DNA from: a virus
Reading direction: 5' to 3' (one strand)
Length of the DNA stretch: 64,000 bases
IMG/VR virus record: IMGVR_UViG_3300018057_000010
Coordinates: 15,138 to 79,137 of that record
The translations under genes and the position numbers were made by a program. How positions within the stretch are numbered: position 1 is the stretch's first letter; every line of letters starts with the position of its first letter. The notes under the pieces were generated by a model, which saw only the letters and a program-made list of their open reading frames with translations, made no database searches and had not been told where the DNA came from. Shown here piece by piece: positions 43,076 through 53,569 of the stretch.

Positions 43076-44821
43076 TCACTGCAAAGATAGGTAGATCTGG
43101 TTACTACCAATTTCGTGTCCAAAGTAAGGTGTGGCCTCATTATCGGTAGTAGAAAAAAGTGCTTTATTTTCAGCTACATCAGAAGCCCGTCGACTGGCAA
43201 TATCGATCAAATTCCCATCCATCCCTGCAACCGAGATCCAGAAACCGTCGATTCGAATCCGAACATCCTTCCGGTTCTTCTCCGCATAGACGGCGACCTG
43301 AAACCCTACCCCAATAGAAGCAAGAAGTTTCCTTTTCGCTTCGTTATTCAGATAATCCCACTCAAGCAGAGGCTTCAACAGATCTAAGAATTTGTCCGTA
43401 TCGACCGGTTCTTTGCGAGAAGTCATACCGTTCAACATACGCTTTGTTGCCTTCAGTTCTGCCTGCAACTTGTCGTCTTTTTCCGCGAAGACTTTTCTGT
43501 CGATTCTGCCATCGACATAGAGATCCTGGAGGCGATTAATCGAGCTTTCAAGGTTTGAGATCTCTTCTTCCAGAGCGCGGCGCTTCGAGGAGATTTCCTC
43601 TTCGGATTCCGAACCGATTTCGACCGAGAAGAGCTTCTCAACAAACTCTGGGTTCGCCAAGTTCTTAATCGCTTTATCGAGTTCCGTTTCGATCTTGTCC
43701 TTCGATACATTGGGGGATTTGCAAGCGAAGGGTTCCCCGGAAGCAGGGGTTATTGTCCGGCCACGTTCGGCATTTCCGCAACGATAATAGAGGTAGGACA
43801 GGCTGTGGTTAGTAGTGTGCCTTTGCTTCTGGGTTTGCAAAAGACCACCGCAGAAGGAGCACCGCAACCGTCCACGATAAACGTACTGATCGTTCGTGCT
43901 CCACTTGCCTCGCGAAGTAGAAAACTCCTCGCGAATTTTCAGGATGCGTTGGACCTGTTCGAAAATCTCTTCGCTTATCGGCCCGCCATTTTCGAATCCA
44001 GCCAGCCTGATTCTTTCCTGTTCTTCTTGGTCGAAATACTTGAAACGCTGATACCGAAGCCTGCCATCTTCACGATAGACATTCAACTCTGGATCGACGG
44101 TTCTCCGTATAACGTTGTAGCCGGTATATACAGGATTTCTAAGAATGTATTGCACTCGGTCACGGTTGAATCCAAGGTATCGTGCAATGCCAAGAATGTT
44201 CGTATTGCCGGAAATAAACTCGTTGAAAATCCACTTCACTTTCTCGATCTTGGCTTCGTCGACGACTAGCTGTTTCGACTTCGGGTCTTTCTTGAATCCA
44301 TAGGGAACATGGTCACCGCCTGTTACCCATTTCCCCGCCGACCGGAGGGATCTCCTGCCGGAAGTTGTCCTCTCGCGGATGACAGCGCGCTCGTGATCGG
44401 CCATGCCAAATTTCATCGACGCCCACAATCTTCCATGGGGAGTGCTGAAATCAATCACTCCGTCCGGGAGATAAATCTTGACGCCGTTCGTCTGGAGAAT
44501 GCCGAGAACCATATAATCCCCAAAGGAGCCTGGACGAACCAATCTCGACTCTTCGCGCATGATCACGCCATGGCATAAACCGGTCGCGCAGATCCTAAGC
44601 AGTTCTCTCATTCCCGGACTGCGCATTACCTGAGCGCCGCTTACGCCTTCGATCTCAATCGTCCATTTCACTTGGAGGTTGTACTCCGTTGCGATATCGC
44701 GGCAAGCTAATTTCTGAGCCGGGATGCCTCCACGGTCCTCTTCTGCCTGCTGCTCTGTCGATACCCGAATCAGCTCAATCGCCGCCTTCTTCGGTTCAGC
44801 TTGCTTGTCTTTCGTTTTCAT
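43076..44821 (-). CDS. Large serine recombinase (integrase)
   Basis: IRVSTEQQ, SRLVR, ERAVIRERT, PYGF, ILRNPVYTG, Zn ribbon CSFCG...YYRC...C, coiled coil. Confidence 0.9.
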   Translation of the reverse strand: MKTKDKQAEPKKAAIELIRVSTEQQAEEDRGGIPAQKLACRDIATEYNLQVKWTIEIEGVSGAQVMRSPGMRELLRICATGLCHGVIMREESRLVRPGSFGDYMVLGILQTNGVKIYLPDGVIDFSTPHGRLWASMKFGMADHERAVIRERTTSGRRSLRSAGKWVTGGDHVPYGFKKDPKSKQLVVDEAKIEKVKWIFNEFISGNTNILGIARYLGFNRDRVQYILRNPVYTGYNVIRRTVDPELNVYREDGRLRYQRFKYFDQEEQERIRLAGFENGGPISEEIFEQVQRILKIREEFSTSRGKWSTNDQYVYRGRLRCSFCGGLLQTQKQRHTTNHSLSYLYYRCGNAERGRTITPASGEPFACKSPNVSKDKIETELDKAIKNLANPEFVEKLFSVEIGSESEEEISSKRRALEEEISNLESSINRLQDLYVDGRIDRKVFAEKDDKLQAELKATKRMLNGMTSRKEPVDTDKFLDLLKPLLEWDYLNNEAKRKLLASIGVGFQVAVYAEKNRKDVRIRIDGFWISVAGMDGNLIDIASRRASDVAENKALFSTTDNEATPYFGHEIGSNQIYLSLQ

Positions 44822-45014
44822 CCCTTGGGTTCCTTGTTGCTGGATTCATCGCGAGGTATTCCCGCATGGCGTCGAGAGCTTCAACATCTTTACTCTCTTG
44901 CAGCAGAACTCTTATTTGGCGAAGTTGTTCTGTTCTCTGCGCGCCGATTTCCAGTAGTACCGTCGCAACGCCTTTAAGTGTACCTTGACTCGGTTTCTTA
45001 GTCGCCATAAATTT

Positions 45015-45347
45015 TTACCCAATTACTTCGTCGAGTGTCGGGATAATTAATCCTGGTACCGGAAATACAGTTCCGTGGCTGAGGTATCGCGTGAAAGCTT
45101 TATCGAGCTTTTTCCAGCTATAGCCTTTTACGAGATCCCACCATTCTTCGATGAGTTCCTCATTTACCGGGCGGTTCCAAAACACCGCGCACTTGTACAG
45201 GAAGGCCGCCAGGAGCGCTCGCTTTTCCTGATCCTCCACTGAGCCATTTAGACAGATGTTCCCGATTATTCCTGTTGAGGCTTTCTGCTTGATCATGCTT
45301 TCCACCGACATCGAATTTCCTCCCATATCTATCGAGCGGGCTCTCAT
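45015..45347 (-). CDS. Possible helicase loader/inhibitor-like protein
   Basis: Directly after the initiator; WWDLVKGY...FPVPG pattern; true start uncertain. Confidence 0.4.
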   Translation of the reverse strand: MRARSIDMGGNSMSVESMIKQKASTGIIGNICLNGSVEDQEKRALLAAFLYKCAVFWNRPVNEELIEEWWDLVKGYSWKKLDKAFTRYLSHGTVFPVPGLIIPTLDEVIG

Positions 45348-46158
45348 AATAACTCATCAACCTGCGTATCCAATAGCGAATTGGTTCGCTATGAATAACC
45401 TCGCTGCGCGCTCTATGTTGCAGACATTGACGCCATTGTTCCTGAGTAAGCAAGGGAAAGTCGCGAAGGAATTCTTTTACTGCCTTGCCATCGATCTTGC
45501 CATTGAAAGGCATCTCTACGCCGGGATTTTTCGTATCCCAGTAAAGCTTTAAATCCTCACGAATCGGATTCCAACGAAGATCGCGAGCTTCCTTCTCCTG
45601 TTTGGGCTTCGCTTCTTGCGAAGTCAAAACAAGGGGTTCTTCTGTTTTTCTATGTTCTTTCTTCTTGATATAAACATGGCGCCAATTTGGCGCTATCGAT
45701 GACGTCAATTTGGCGCTATCGATGGCGCCATTCTGGCACGATGCATCGACCGCTTCTGGCGCAGCTAATTGCGTATTTGCTGGGATTTCTGCAGCTTGCT
45801 GCGTCAAGTTGGCGCCATGGTCGATTTGGTCTTCCAGCTGGTCCAGGCGCTCATAGTCGATGGTGTAATACTTTGTCCTATCCCATGAACTTCTGACGCC
45901 CTGGCGGGTCTTCAGCAGGCCCCGGCGCTCCAGGCTGAGAGCGATTCGCTGGATGGTTCTAGCGCTGCAATGGGTTAATTTTTCTCCCCACTCTTCGTAG
46001 GATCTGGATGTCCAAACGACTCCGTCTTCGACGAACTCTCTCCGATTGAGAAGGTAATGGACCTGTTGCAACAACAATGCTTCATTGACGCCGACTCTGC
46101 GAGCCAAGCTCGGCAAAACAAGCAGAGGAGCTTCCTCGATCAGTAACTTGCTAGACAT
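45160..46158 (-). CDS. Phage replication initiator (N-terminal wHTH)
   Basis: PSLARRVGVNEALLLQQVHY...WTSRSYEEW...YYTIDY; internal iterons. Confidence 0.8.
   Translation of the reverse strand: MSSKLLIEEAPLLVLPSLARRVGVNEALLLQQVHYLLNRREFVEDGVVWTSRSYEEWGEKLTHCSARTIQRIALSLERRGLLKTRQGVRSSWDRTKYYTIDYERLDQLEDQIDHGANLTQQAAEIPANTQLAAPEAVDASCQNGAIDSAKLTSSIAPNWRHVYIKKKEHRKTEEPLVLTSQEAKPKQEKEARDLRWNPIREDLKLYWDTKNPGVEMPFNGKIDGKAVKEFLRDFPLLTQEQWRQCLQHRARSEVIHSEPIRYWIRRLMSYYESPLDRYGRKFDVGGKHDQAESLNRNNREHLSKWLSGGSGKASAPGGLPVQVRGVLEPPGK
45676..45820. repeat. Iterons (putative origin) inside the initiator gene
   Basis: G(C/T)CA-N3-TGGC at 45681, 45704, 45727 (23-bp period) and 45803; A/T-rich tract adjacent. 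Confidence 0.75.
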
Positions 46159-46307
46159 ATATGCCTCGGAATTAGGCAGGGGAAGTGAGATAAAAATAGG
46201 GCCGGTCGCCATCCGGCCCTACCGCGTTGAGCTACCCAAGGGAGTGGGTTGCCGGATTAACATCTAAGTTTGGAAACTTCGATGTTAAGGCCCTCCGGCA
46301 ACTAAGC

Positions 46308-46601
46308 TCAACGCAACTTAACAACTCTTCCGCCAGAAATCAATGACCTATTGAAAACCGGTCTTCTGGCGGAAGAGTCTAATTCGTGGCCCCAAATATC
46401 TTCGACCGTGACTTGAAAATAACGCGCTATGGCGATCGCCACGGGAAGCTTTGGATATTGTCCGGCCAGGATTAACGCCGCCGAGTTATAGCTGACTCCA
46501 AACTGGCTCGCAAACTCGCGTACGCTCATTTTATTGAAGCGCACCATGCGCTGCAGCGGATCTAGTCCTGGTTCGTCCCATGGTTGATTTTTGAATTTCA
46601 T
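46308..46601 (-). CDS. Cro/CI-type HTH regulator
   Basis: SVREFASQFGVS...PKLPVAIAIARYFQVTVEDIW. Confidence 0.8.
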   Translation of the reverse strand: MKFKNQPWDEPGLDPLQRMVRFNKMSVREFASQFGVSYNSAALILAGQYPKLPVAIAIARYFQVTVEDIWGHELDSSARRPVFNRSLISGGRVVKLR

Positions 46602-47789
46602 CTACTGAATTGTCGGTGCTTCTTCTGCGTTTGTCTTTACTATTTTGGCTCCTTCGATACGCGCCAGAATGTAAATGAGATCCTTCTTTTCCAATCCGTT
46701 TAAAATAAGGGCTATGGCGTCAAGAATACAGCTTTCGCATCCTTTTTGGAAGGTTTCCAGGTACGATCCCGGCTCGTCCAGGTTCCTTTGTATTCCAGCC
46801 ACAAAGACTGCATGGTACCCGAGTTTGTCTATGACGGTCTCCATTTCCCGCTGGAATTCGTCGGATTTTTTGTTCGCTTTTTTCGTAGCCATTAATTTTC
46901 CCATCCCTTGAGAGGTTGATGGTAATCGATCTAATTCATCTTTGAAATGTCCTCCACTTCCGGAGGAAACTCTCCCTGCGTTGTCTCCCCGAAAATATCG
47001 GCGTGCCTTGTCAGAAATTCGGTTGCATACAACAAATCCGTCTTTTCGTAATCTTCCATTTTGATTAAATGCGCTGCATGAGCGAGAGCTGTGCATTTCT
47101 CGCAGCCGCCCGAGATCTTCCCTACGACAGGGATATCGGTATGACTGGATCTTGGCGCTAAATAACAAAGAAATGCGTGGATCTCATATTGTGCCGCCAA
47201 CAGCTTTAGTTGTTTCATGAAGGCAATCAGCCTGTTTTGATCCTGCTTGGCTATGTCGGGAATTCCTGATTCGCTCATAACTCTCCCTTGGTGATTAAGA
47301 TGGGAGAAATCATACCAGCTGATGGAAACTCGGATCGGAGAAATTCAGGGAAGGGATCGGCCTCCTGAAAATCGACTACTTTCCGTTCTATAGAATCGCG
47401 TTTTACCGGATTACAGACAACGGAGCTTTCGTTCGTCTCTTCAGGAGGCCCACAAGCTGGTTATTTCTTCTCTGCCTTAGCAGGTTCCTGCGTCGTATGC
47501 ATGAACTTCCTGCTCTGGTAATCGTAATAATAATCCTTACCCCAGCCACGATTCACTTGAATAGAAAGAACGGCATTCTGTAGCGCGAGCTGCGCCTTTT
47601 CGACGTCCTGCCAGCGAACGAGAAGCACAGTCTCTTCTTCCTGAGATAGGGAGACGGGAGCAGGCGCGGAGCCAGCTTTTGCCACTGGAGGCGCTGCGGG
47701 TTGCTCTTGTTTGTTCTGGGTAAAGGCCGGAGACGCCAGCGCGATGATTACGACCGCCCCGGCAAAAAGGGACGTCCAATTCACTATCT

Positions 47790-48074
47790 TCATTTGCTCT
47801 CCTCAAGTTTTTCCGCGACATACTGATACACCTGCCCCAGCGTTCGCAGCTTTTCGAAATCGGCCTCGTCTGTTTCGATTTCGAACTCGTCTTCCAATTC
47901 GAAGAGGACAAATTCGCAATCGAGAGAGTCGGCGCCAAGGTCTTTTACGATCTCCGCTTCCGGAGTCAGCTGATTGGAGCTCAAGTGGTGAAGCTGCTTT
48001 ATGACGATCAAGTCGATCTTGTCTTTAAGCTCTTTCATGGCCTCAGGATCGGAAGTGATGGGTTTGTTCTTCAT
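47790..48074 (-). CDS. acpP: Acyl carrier protein
   Basis: DLGADSLD phosphopantetheine site, ELEDEFEIE. Confidence 0.85.
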   Translation of the reverse strand: MKNKPITSDPEAMKELKDKIDLIVIKQLHHLSSNQLTPEAEIVKDLGADSLDCEFVLFELEDEFEIETDEADFEKLRTLGQVYQYVAEKLEESK

Positions 48075-48801
48075 ACGTCGACACTCCTGGATAATTCAGG
48101 CCTCCCTGATATTGGGTGGCTTGCTTGTCGAGCCAAGCCTGATCGATCTTTACCGCCTGGATGGGCACGCTGCCGGCCGCAATCCCTTTGATTAGCAGCG
48201 TGGGATCGTTGACCTGAGCATGCCACTTCCTGCGATGGACCGAGCCAGGGGATTTCTTTGGAATCGAAGCCTGCACAATGACTGGAGGCGCCAACTCTTC
48301 GCTGTCCAATAATCGGACTGCTTCCTCTTTGTAGCCCTCCTGGTCCAGTTCGATGGCGCGTTCCAAACGGCGTTCCTGCTCCGCTTTCGCTACCGCTTCT
48401 CGTGCAATCTTTTCTGCTGCCTGCCTCTGGCGCTCCTGCTCCGCTTCGAAGATAGAGACTTGAACGCTAAGGTGATTCTTGGCGGCGTTAACAAGTCCGG
48501 CGTCGAGTTTCTCATTGTCGAGCACGATTTTCTTTGCGGCGTCGAAGACCTGTTTTACTGGCTTATAAAACTCTGTGACCTTGCCAGAGAGCGCCTGTAA
48601 CATGCTGCCCATTCCGACAGCTTCTTGATAAGTGAAAAGGTTCGTAACTTCGTATTGTTTTGCTGAGACGACAACCGGCAAGAACTCAGCGCGCAGCTGT
48701 TGCCTTTGTCGCGCATATGCCCCATCCGGAGCTTCTATCTGGCCCTTGAGAACGGTGACCAGCCCATATTGATCCGTTTCCTCTGGCATGAAATCCCTCA
48801 C
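48043..48801 (-). CDS. Coiled-coil phage protein of the recombination module
   Basis: Long helical region; C-terminal YPGV. Confidence 0.6.
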   Translation of the reverse strand: MRDFMPEETDQYGLVTVLKGQIEAPDGAYARQRQQLRAEFLPVVVSAKQYEVTNLFTYQEAVGMGSMLQALSGKVTEFYKPVKQVFDAAKKIVLDNEKLDAGLVNAAKNHLSVQVSIFEAEQERQRQAAEKIAREAVAKAEQERRLERAIELDQEGYKEEAVRLLDSEELAPPVIVQASIPKKSPGSVHRRKWHAQVNDPTLLIKGIAAGSVPIQAVKIDQAWLDKQATQYQGGLNYPGVSTYEEQTHHFRS

Positions 48802-49045
48802 TGAATGACGATTTGGACGGTGCCGGATATTTCTATCGTTTGGTGGGAACTAGCGTCTTCGAAGCGATATTTCGCTCCATTGATGGCGCTGTAAACAATG
48901 CCTTTCGTTTCCCATTCGCCGATCAGGTAACCACCGTCGTATTGCCGGACATGAATCGACTTAGCCGTGATTGCCGTCGTCGGCTGCTGTGTCCCCGAAC
49001 AGGCGACGAGACACGCTAATCCGGCAAATAGCGTGAAGGCCCGCG

Positions 49046-49696
49046 TCATGCCGCCTCTTCCTCCCGTTCTAATTTGTAACCGTGATTCGTCTTCCAGATC
49101 GCACAATAGAGCATGTACTGGAAGGTGCGATAGTCCTGCAGATCCTCGAAGTAAATGGGTTTCACCCGGCCATCGGGAAGTAATTGAGTGACGACACGCA
49201 GAAGACTTGCCGGAGAGTTTGGATTCTCTGCCAGGGCATAACCCGCTGTCTGCAAGGCCCAGCTCGGACTCGATGCCGAACAAGTTTTCAGATCGAGGAT
49301 GACCTGGCGTTCCCTGCCCTTGTAGCGCATCTTGCCCTTGTGATCGTAGGCATATCCGAACGACATGCCGTTGATCGTCGCAATGCCCGCCTGCTCTCGT
49401 TTTTCCGAGACAAAGGCCATTTCCCGCATCCAAGATTCCGCTCCGACAACATATGGCATCGCGGCCGGATCGACCGTATCCCAGTCCAGCGCCCCCTCGC
49501 AGAGATACTCGATGGACTTATGCACGGCTATGCCGATCTGCGATTTGCGCTGCAGTATTTCTTCCCGGATAAAGTCGTAATTCACCAAGCCCATAAGTTG
49601 CAGGACTTGCGTAACGCTCAGAACTTTCCGGCCCTGAGCGTCACGATAGATATGCCCCTTTTCCTCAAAGGAGCCGTTTTGGATCTCAAGCGACAT
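49046..49696 (-). CDS. PD-(D/E)XK exonuclease (Cas4/RecB-like)
   Basis: H.Y...SVTQVL...G.AVH...ILDLKT...LQTAGY. Confidence 0.8.
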   Translation of the reverse strand: MSLEIQNGSFEEKGHIYRDAQGRKVLSVTQVLQLMGLVNYDFIREEILQRKSQIGIAVHKSIEYLCEGALDWDTVDPAAMPYVVGAESWMREMAFVSEKREQAGIATINGMSFGYAYDHKGKMRYKGRERQVILDLKTCSASSPSWALQTAGYALAENPNSPASLLRVVTQLLPDGRVKPIYFEDLQDYRTFQYMLYCAIWKTNHGYKLEREEEAA

Positions 49697-50284
49697 TTGC
49701 CGTCTCGGCGTTTTTTCTTTCTTCCGTGGCCTTTTTGCGGGGGTCCAGATAGATAACCACAGTCTGGCCGATGACGGAGGTCCGCAAGTGGTTATGCCGA
49801 GGAGTTTTGTTATTTAACGCACGAATCGAGGAGGCGGTTCGCTCCGCAATTTCAGGTGAAGAAAAGTCCTCTACGACAGCCTTGTTGTATCCAACTTCAA
49901 TCGCCTTGTTGATCAGGTGATCGTACTTGGAGCTGGTTGCGCGCTGAGGCAGAACTTCTGCTAATTCGACTACTTTCATGATTCCCTCTTTGGAAATAAG
50001 TAATTACGCCAAATCGATCCTGGCACTTGGAACCTTGATTCGCGGGATACGAATAACCTTCACGACAGCATACTGAGAGCAGGTCCGATTCCCGCAACTC
50101 GTTATGATCAATTGAATATCGCTGCGATCATAATTCTCGGAGTCGTCTTCATCCCGGCGCTGCTGTGCTTTCGATCTTTTCTCGATGCCGCGAGAAAGAT
50201 TCATGTCTAGAACTTGACCGCATTCCGTGCATTGATACTGCGGAACCGCATTCACCGATTCGTCTGCACTTGCCATCGTTTCTC

Positions 50285-50506
50285 CTATACGAGGTCTCCA
50301 CGACCGAACTTCCCGGCGATAAATTCGTTGAAGTATCTGCCCGGACTCGACGCTTCCATTAAAGAGTCGTAGATATCCTGAGTGACCCCGATCCATCGAT
50401 AGCTCTTGCCGGATTTGAACTGAACTACCAGCGTCCCCGTCTCTGGATCGAAGCCAGCCGAATCCAGGTTCGAGCTATTCAACGGTTGCATCGTGACTGA
50501 GTCCAT
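50285..50506 (-). CDS. KTSC domain protein
   Basis: SSNLDSAGFD...LVVQFKSG.SY...LMEASSPGRYFN. Confidence 0.85.
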   Translation of the reverse strand: MDSVTMQPLNSSNLDSAGFDPETGTLVVQFKSGKSYRWIGVTQDIYDSLMEASSPGRYFNEFIAGKFGRGDLV

Positions 50507-51683
50507 CGTTACCTTCATCCCTTTCTGTATCGCTGTTCGTTGCATTCTCTGGAGATGGGGATCTCCCCTCCGCCCAAAGGCAAACACCTTCGTAAATATC
50601 CACCGGCATATCCGAGACATGGTCGAGCTTCAAAGGAGCCAGGAAGTTTTCTTTGAGTTCCTGCTCCGTGTGAATTTTGTATCGGTTCAAGATGGTGTAG
50701 AGACGCTGCGCCCTGCCCTTGCCGATGATCTTGGGAGCGGATTCATGCACAGGCGGCGGCACTTCGGAGGCTGGCTTTATCTTGCCCTCTTCCATCAGCT
50801 GCTGAAGGATCGGGTTCCCGGTTTTATCCGAGTCCGATTGTCGGACTGGCTCTGGCTCCGTCGCCGGAGTAGCGACTTCTTCCGGAGGCTCCACGATGGG
50901 ATCGACCTTTACAGGAGTGACAATGTTAGGGACCGCAACATCGCTCACCGTAATGAGCTGCGTATCGGAGCCGGTGACCGGCGTCAATGCCGGAACGATG
51001 ATCGGCGCAATCTCTGCAACGCGCTGCGGCATCCGGATCTCGGAAACTATGTTCCCCTGAGACGAGGTGTGCAGATTCCCTTCCAGGATTCTTTCTGCTT
51101 CATCCTCATCGTAGATACCGGCAATGCCGAAGGCGTAGCGGGCAGCCTGAATCAGCGCCTTGTGGCGCAGCATACGGATCGGTTTCTGCTTCCACTGCTT
51201 TGTGTCGCGGACGCATTCCGACAGATACTCTTCGATCTTCGTCGGACGCTGCCGGTCCTTGCGGTGGATAATCGCGGTACAGGAAACCGGCTCTTTGCCT
51301 TCTTTCCCAGCCGCCCAGGCATACTCGAATTCGACGCCATCGTATTGCGGCTGGCGTTCGATAATCTGAATCCAGCCGTCTACGGAAACCACGGGAACGA
51401 TCCCGCCGTCTTGCGCGGGAAAAGCAAAGATCTCCCGCACGAACGGGTTGAGCTTATAGATCTTCGCCACCGACAGGAACATCAGCAGTTGCGATCTGGT
51501 TACCACTTTGTCGGAGGGGAATACGGTTTTCACCAGCGTCTGCTCGAAACGGGCAAGCTCGTCGCCGAAATCGTATTGCGCCGCCATCTGCCGGAATAGC
51601 GGCACATTCGCGAGCGCAAAAGTGCTGGCGCTGGGAAGTTCTTCGAGGTGTTGAATCTGAGTTTCGGGCGCAGTTGTGGCCAT
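50475..51683 (-). CDS. bet: RecT/Bet single-strand annealing protein
   Basis: LNPFVREIFAF...VSVDGW...PIRMLRHKALIQAARYAFG...YDEDE. Confidence 0.9.
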   Translation of the reverse strand: MATTAPETQIQHLEELPSASTFALANVPLFRQMAAQYDFGDELARFEQTLVKTVFPSDKVVTRSQLLMFLSVAKIYKLNPFVREIFAFPAQDGGIVPVVSVDGWIQIIERQPQYDGVEFEYAWAAGKEGKEPVSCTAIIHRKDRQRPTKIEEYLSECVRDTKQWKQKPIRMLRHKALIQAARYAFGIAGIYDEDEAERILEGNLHTSSQGNIVSEIRMPQRVAEIAPIIVPALTPVTGSDTQLITVSDVAVPNIVTPVKVDPIVEPPEEVATPATEPEPVRQSDSDKTGNPILQQLMEEGKIKPASEVPPPVHESAPKIIGKGRAQRLYTILNRYKIHTEQELKENFLAPLKLDHVSDMPVDIYEGVCLWAEGRSPSPENATNSDTERDEGNDGLSHDATVE

Positions 51684-51817
51684 GGATATCTTCTCCATGG
51701 GCCAGTCGCGCAGTACCCTATTTTGAGTAGGGTTGGCAACTCCGTGCCCGTTCGATCTTTTCTATTTATAAGCCAATCTTGCCTCGTGTCAAGGCAGGAT
51801 TGAGTTATATTTTCCGC

Positions 51818-52420
51818 ATGCAAGAACGATGGCTTACCTTCCCGGAATTATGCATGGAGTTGCATCTTTCCGCCCCAAAAGTTAAAAAGCTGATTAAAGC
51901 AGGCAAGCTGGCCGGTATTTGTTTCGGCAGAAAATCCTGTCTCGAATCCGATTGGAGATATCTCGATCCAAGCCCCCGTTATAAGCAGGCCCTTGAGGTT
52001 CAGGAGCTGCTGCTCTCCGGGAAACGCAGAGAAAATCTGATCGATATTCCTTTGCTTTCCACATCGGAGTTCTGCGAGATCGCGGAAATTACTTCCAACC
52101 ATCTCTACGTCATGATCCATCGCGGAATCGTGAAGCCCAGAAAGTTCGGCAAGTTTCAGCTCTTTAGCGTCTTGGAGTTGCGCCGCTTTCTCCGGCGCAA
52201 ACAGAAGGCCAAAGAAGCTGGAGTTCCACTTCACCGGATCGTCGAGTGGACCCTCGAAAAAGTCCAGGAATCGGACTCCGATTCGCTCTTGGAAAGCGAA
52301 GAAGATCGCGAAATGGAAGGAGCGTTGCGGCGAATCTTTCGACAACCCGAGCCGCAACGCTCCAAAATGCTACGAGATTTCTGGGATCGCTACGAACTTG
52401 CCAAACGATCCCAAAGCTAG
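51818..52420 (+). CDS. Tandem MerR/excisionase-like HTH protein
   Basis: WLTFPELCMELHLS...KLIKAGKL and LLSTSEFCEIAEIT...MIHRGIV. Confidence 0.65.
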   Translation: MQERWLTFPELCMELHLSAPKVKKLIKAGKLAGICFGRKSCLESDWRYLDPSPRYKQALEVQELLLSGKRRENLIDIPLLSTSEFCEIAEITSNHLYVMIHRGIVKPRKFGKFQLFSVLELRRFLRRKQKAKEAGVPLHRIVEWTLEKVQESDSDSLLESEEDREMEGALRRIFRQPEPQRSKMLRDFWDRYELAKRSQS

Positions 52421-52749
52421 TCTGCAACTATTCCAGACATGCACCGGCCTGCAACACATGACGCTCACCTGCAACTCTGCTGTATACCACCGGTCTGCAA
52501 CACAAATATACGGCCACGTTAGTCTGCAGTTTTCATGAAGCCGGACCCGCAACAAATCATGATCTCCGAAACCTGCAAGAGAAGCTCTTCCGCCTGCAGC
52601 TTGATATTCTACTTCCGTAAAACCTGCAACACGGCGAGATCGACTGCATTCGCCTGTAACAACTATAGCCTTTTCATCTGCAACATCTATCGATGGAAGT
52701 TTAGCCGCATTTGCCTGCAACTGGAAAACTGACCATGCTCACCTGCAAC
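52416..52749 (-). CRISPR. Micro-array B: ~13 minimal repeats
   Basis: Exact CTGCAAC ending at 52428, 52455, 52475, 52501, 52630, 52684, 52721, 52749 plus 5 variants; the first keeps GCTAGTCTGCAAC of the full repeat. Confidence 0.6.
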
Positions 52750-52768
52750 TGGAAAACCGCCTACGAAA

Positions 52769-53398
52769 TCAGCGAGCCTTCTTCCGGTCCTCGGTGGTGA
52801 AGGCAGCTCGTACGCCCATGCGCCGCGAGGCTACATAGGAGGAAACAGAACTCACCATCTGTCCATAGGCTTGCGCGTTGAGGGAATTGTAAGTCAACGC
52901 AGAATCCATCGTGACGCCCATGGAATCGCCGACGGCGATAGCATCCTGATTCGCTCCCACATAGACAAAATCCCAGTTGTAGATTTCTTTTTGCTGCGTG
53001 ACTAGAGCCTTTACCGTCTCGGCAGTGAATTTCCTGCTGGCATTCTCCTTCCCGTCGGTAATGGTCACCACAATGACATGGGAAGGACGTTGCTCTTCTG
53101 GGAGTTTAGAAAGCTCTTCGCCAAGTTCTACGATTGTTTTTCCCTGCGCATCGTAGAGAGCTGTTCTGCCTCTCGGCTTGAAATCTTCCTGGGTGAATTC
53201 CGGTATATCCTGAATGTTTTTATCGAAAACGACTTCGTATTGATCATCGAACTGCACTAGCTTTAACGCCGCTTCTCCGGGAACCTTTTTCTGGCCCTGA
53301 ACAAAGTCGTTGATCCCTTGGATCGCCGATTCGCGGCTCGCCTGCATCGACCCGGATCGGTCCAGGATTAAGGCTATTCTCGTAAAGTTATCCTTCAT
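52769..53398 (-). CDS. vWA domain protein
   Basis: LILDRSGSM MIDAS, PRGRTALYDA, ITDGKENAS. Confidence 0.9.
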   Translation of the reverse strand: MKDNFTRIALILDRSGSMQASRESAIQGINDFVQGQKKVPGEAALKLVQFDDQYEVVFDKNIQDIPEFTQEDFKPRGRTALYDAQGKTIVELGEELSKLPEEQRPSHVIVVTITDGKENASRKFTAETVKALVTQQKEIYNWDFVYVGANQDAIAVGDSMGVTMDSALTYNSLNAQAYGQMVSSVSSYVASRRMGVRAAFTTEDRKKAR

Positions 53399-53408
53399 AT
53401 CCTCTCCT

Positions 53409-53528
53409 ACCTGCAACCTTGACTTAACTCTGACTTCGACTACATCCACCTGCAACTGGCACAAAACCTGCAACACCGAACATCGGCGGCAAAGCCTGCA
53501 ACATCTCTAGTTCCATGTATCCTGCAAC
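53409..53528 (-). CRISPR. Micro-array C: 5 minimal repeats in the vWA leader
   Basis: CCTGCAAC ending at 53417, 53456, 53474, 53502, 53528. Confidence 0.55.
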
Positions 53529-53569
53529 GGCGCCAGCACCGGTGCGATTCTGGCCTGAATTGATGCTGC

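Noticed and set aside
49046-49696. Exonuclease as a CRISPR Cas4
   Set aside because: Lacks the Fe-S cysteines and sits with RecT/Bet, so it is better explained as the phage recombination exonuclease
50493-51599. 368-aa plus-strand ORF
   Set aside because: Antisense shadow of the RecT/Bet gene
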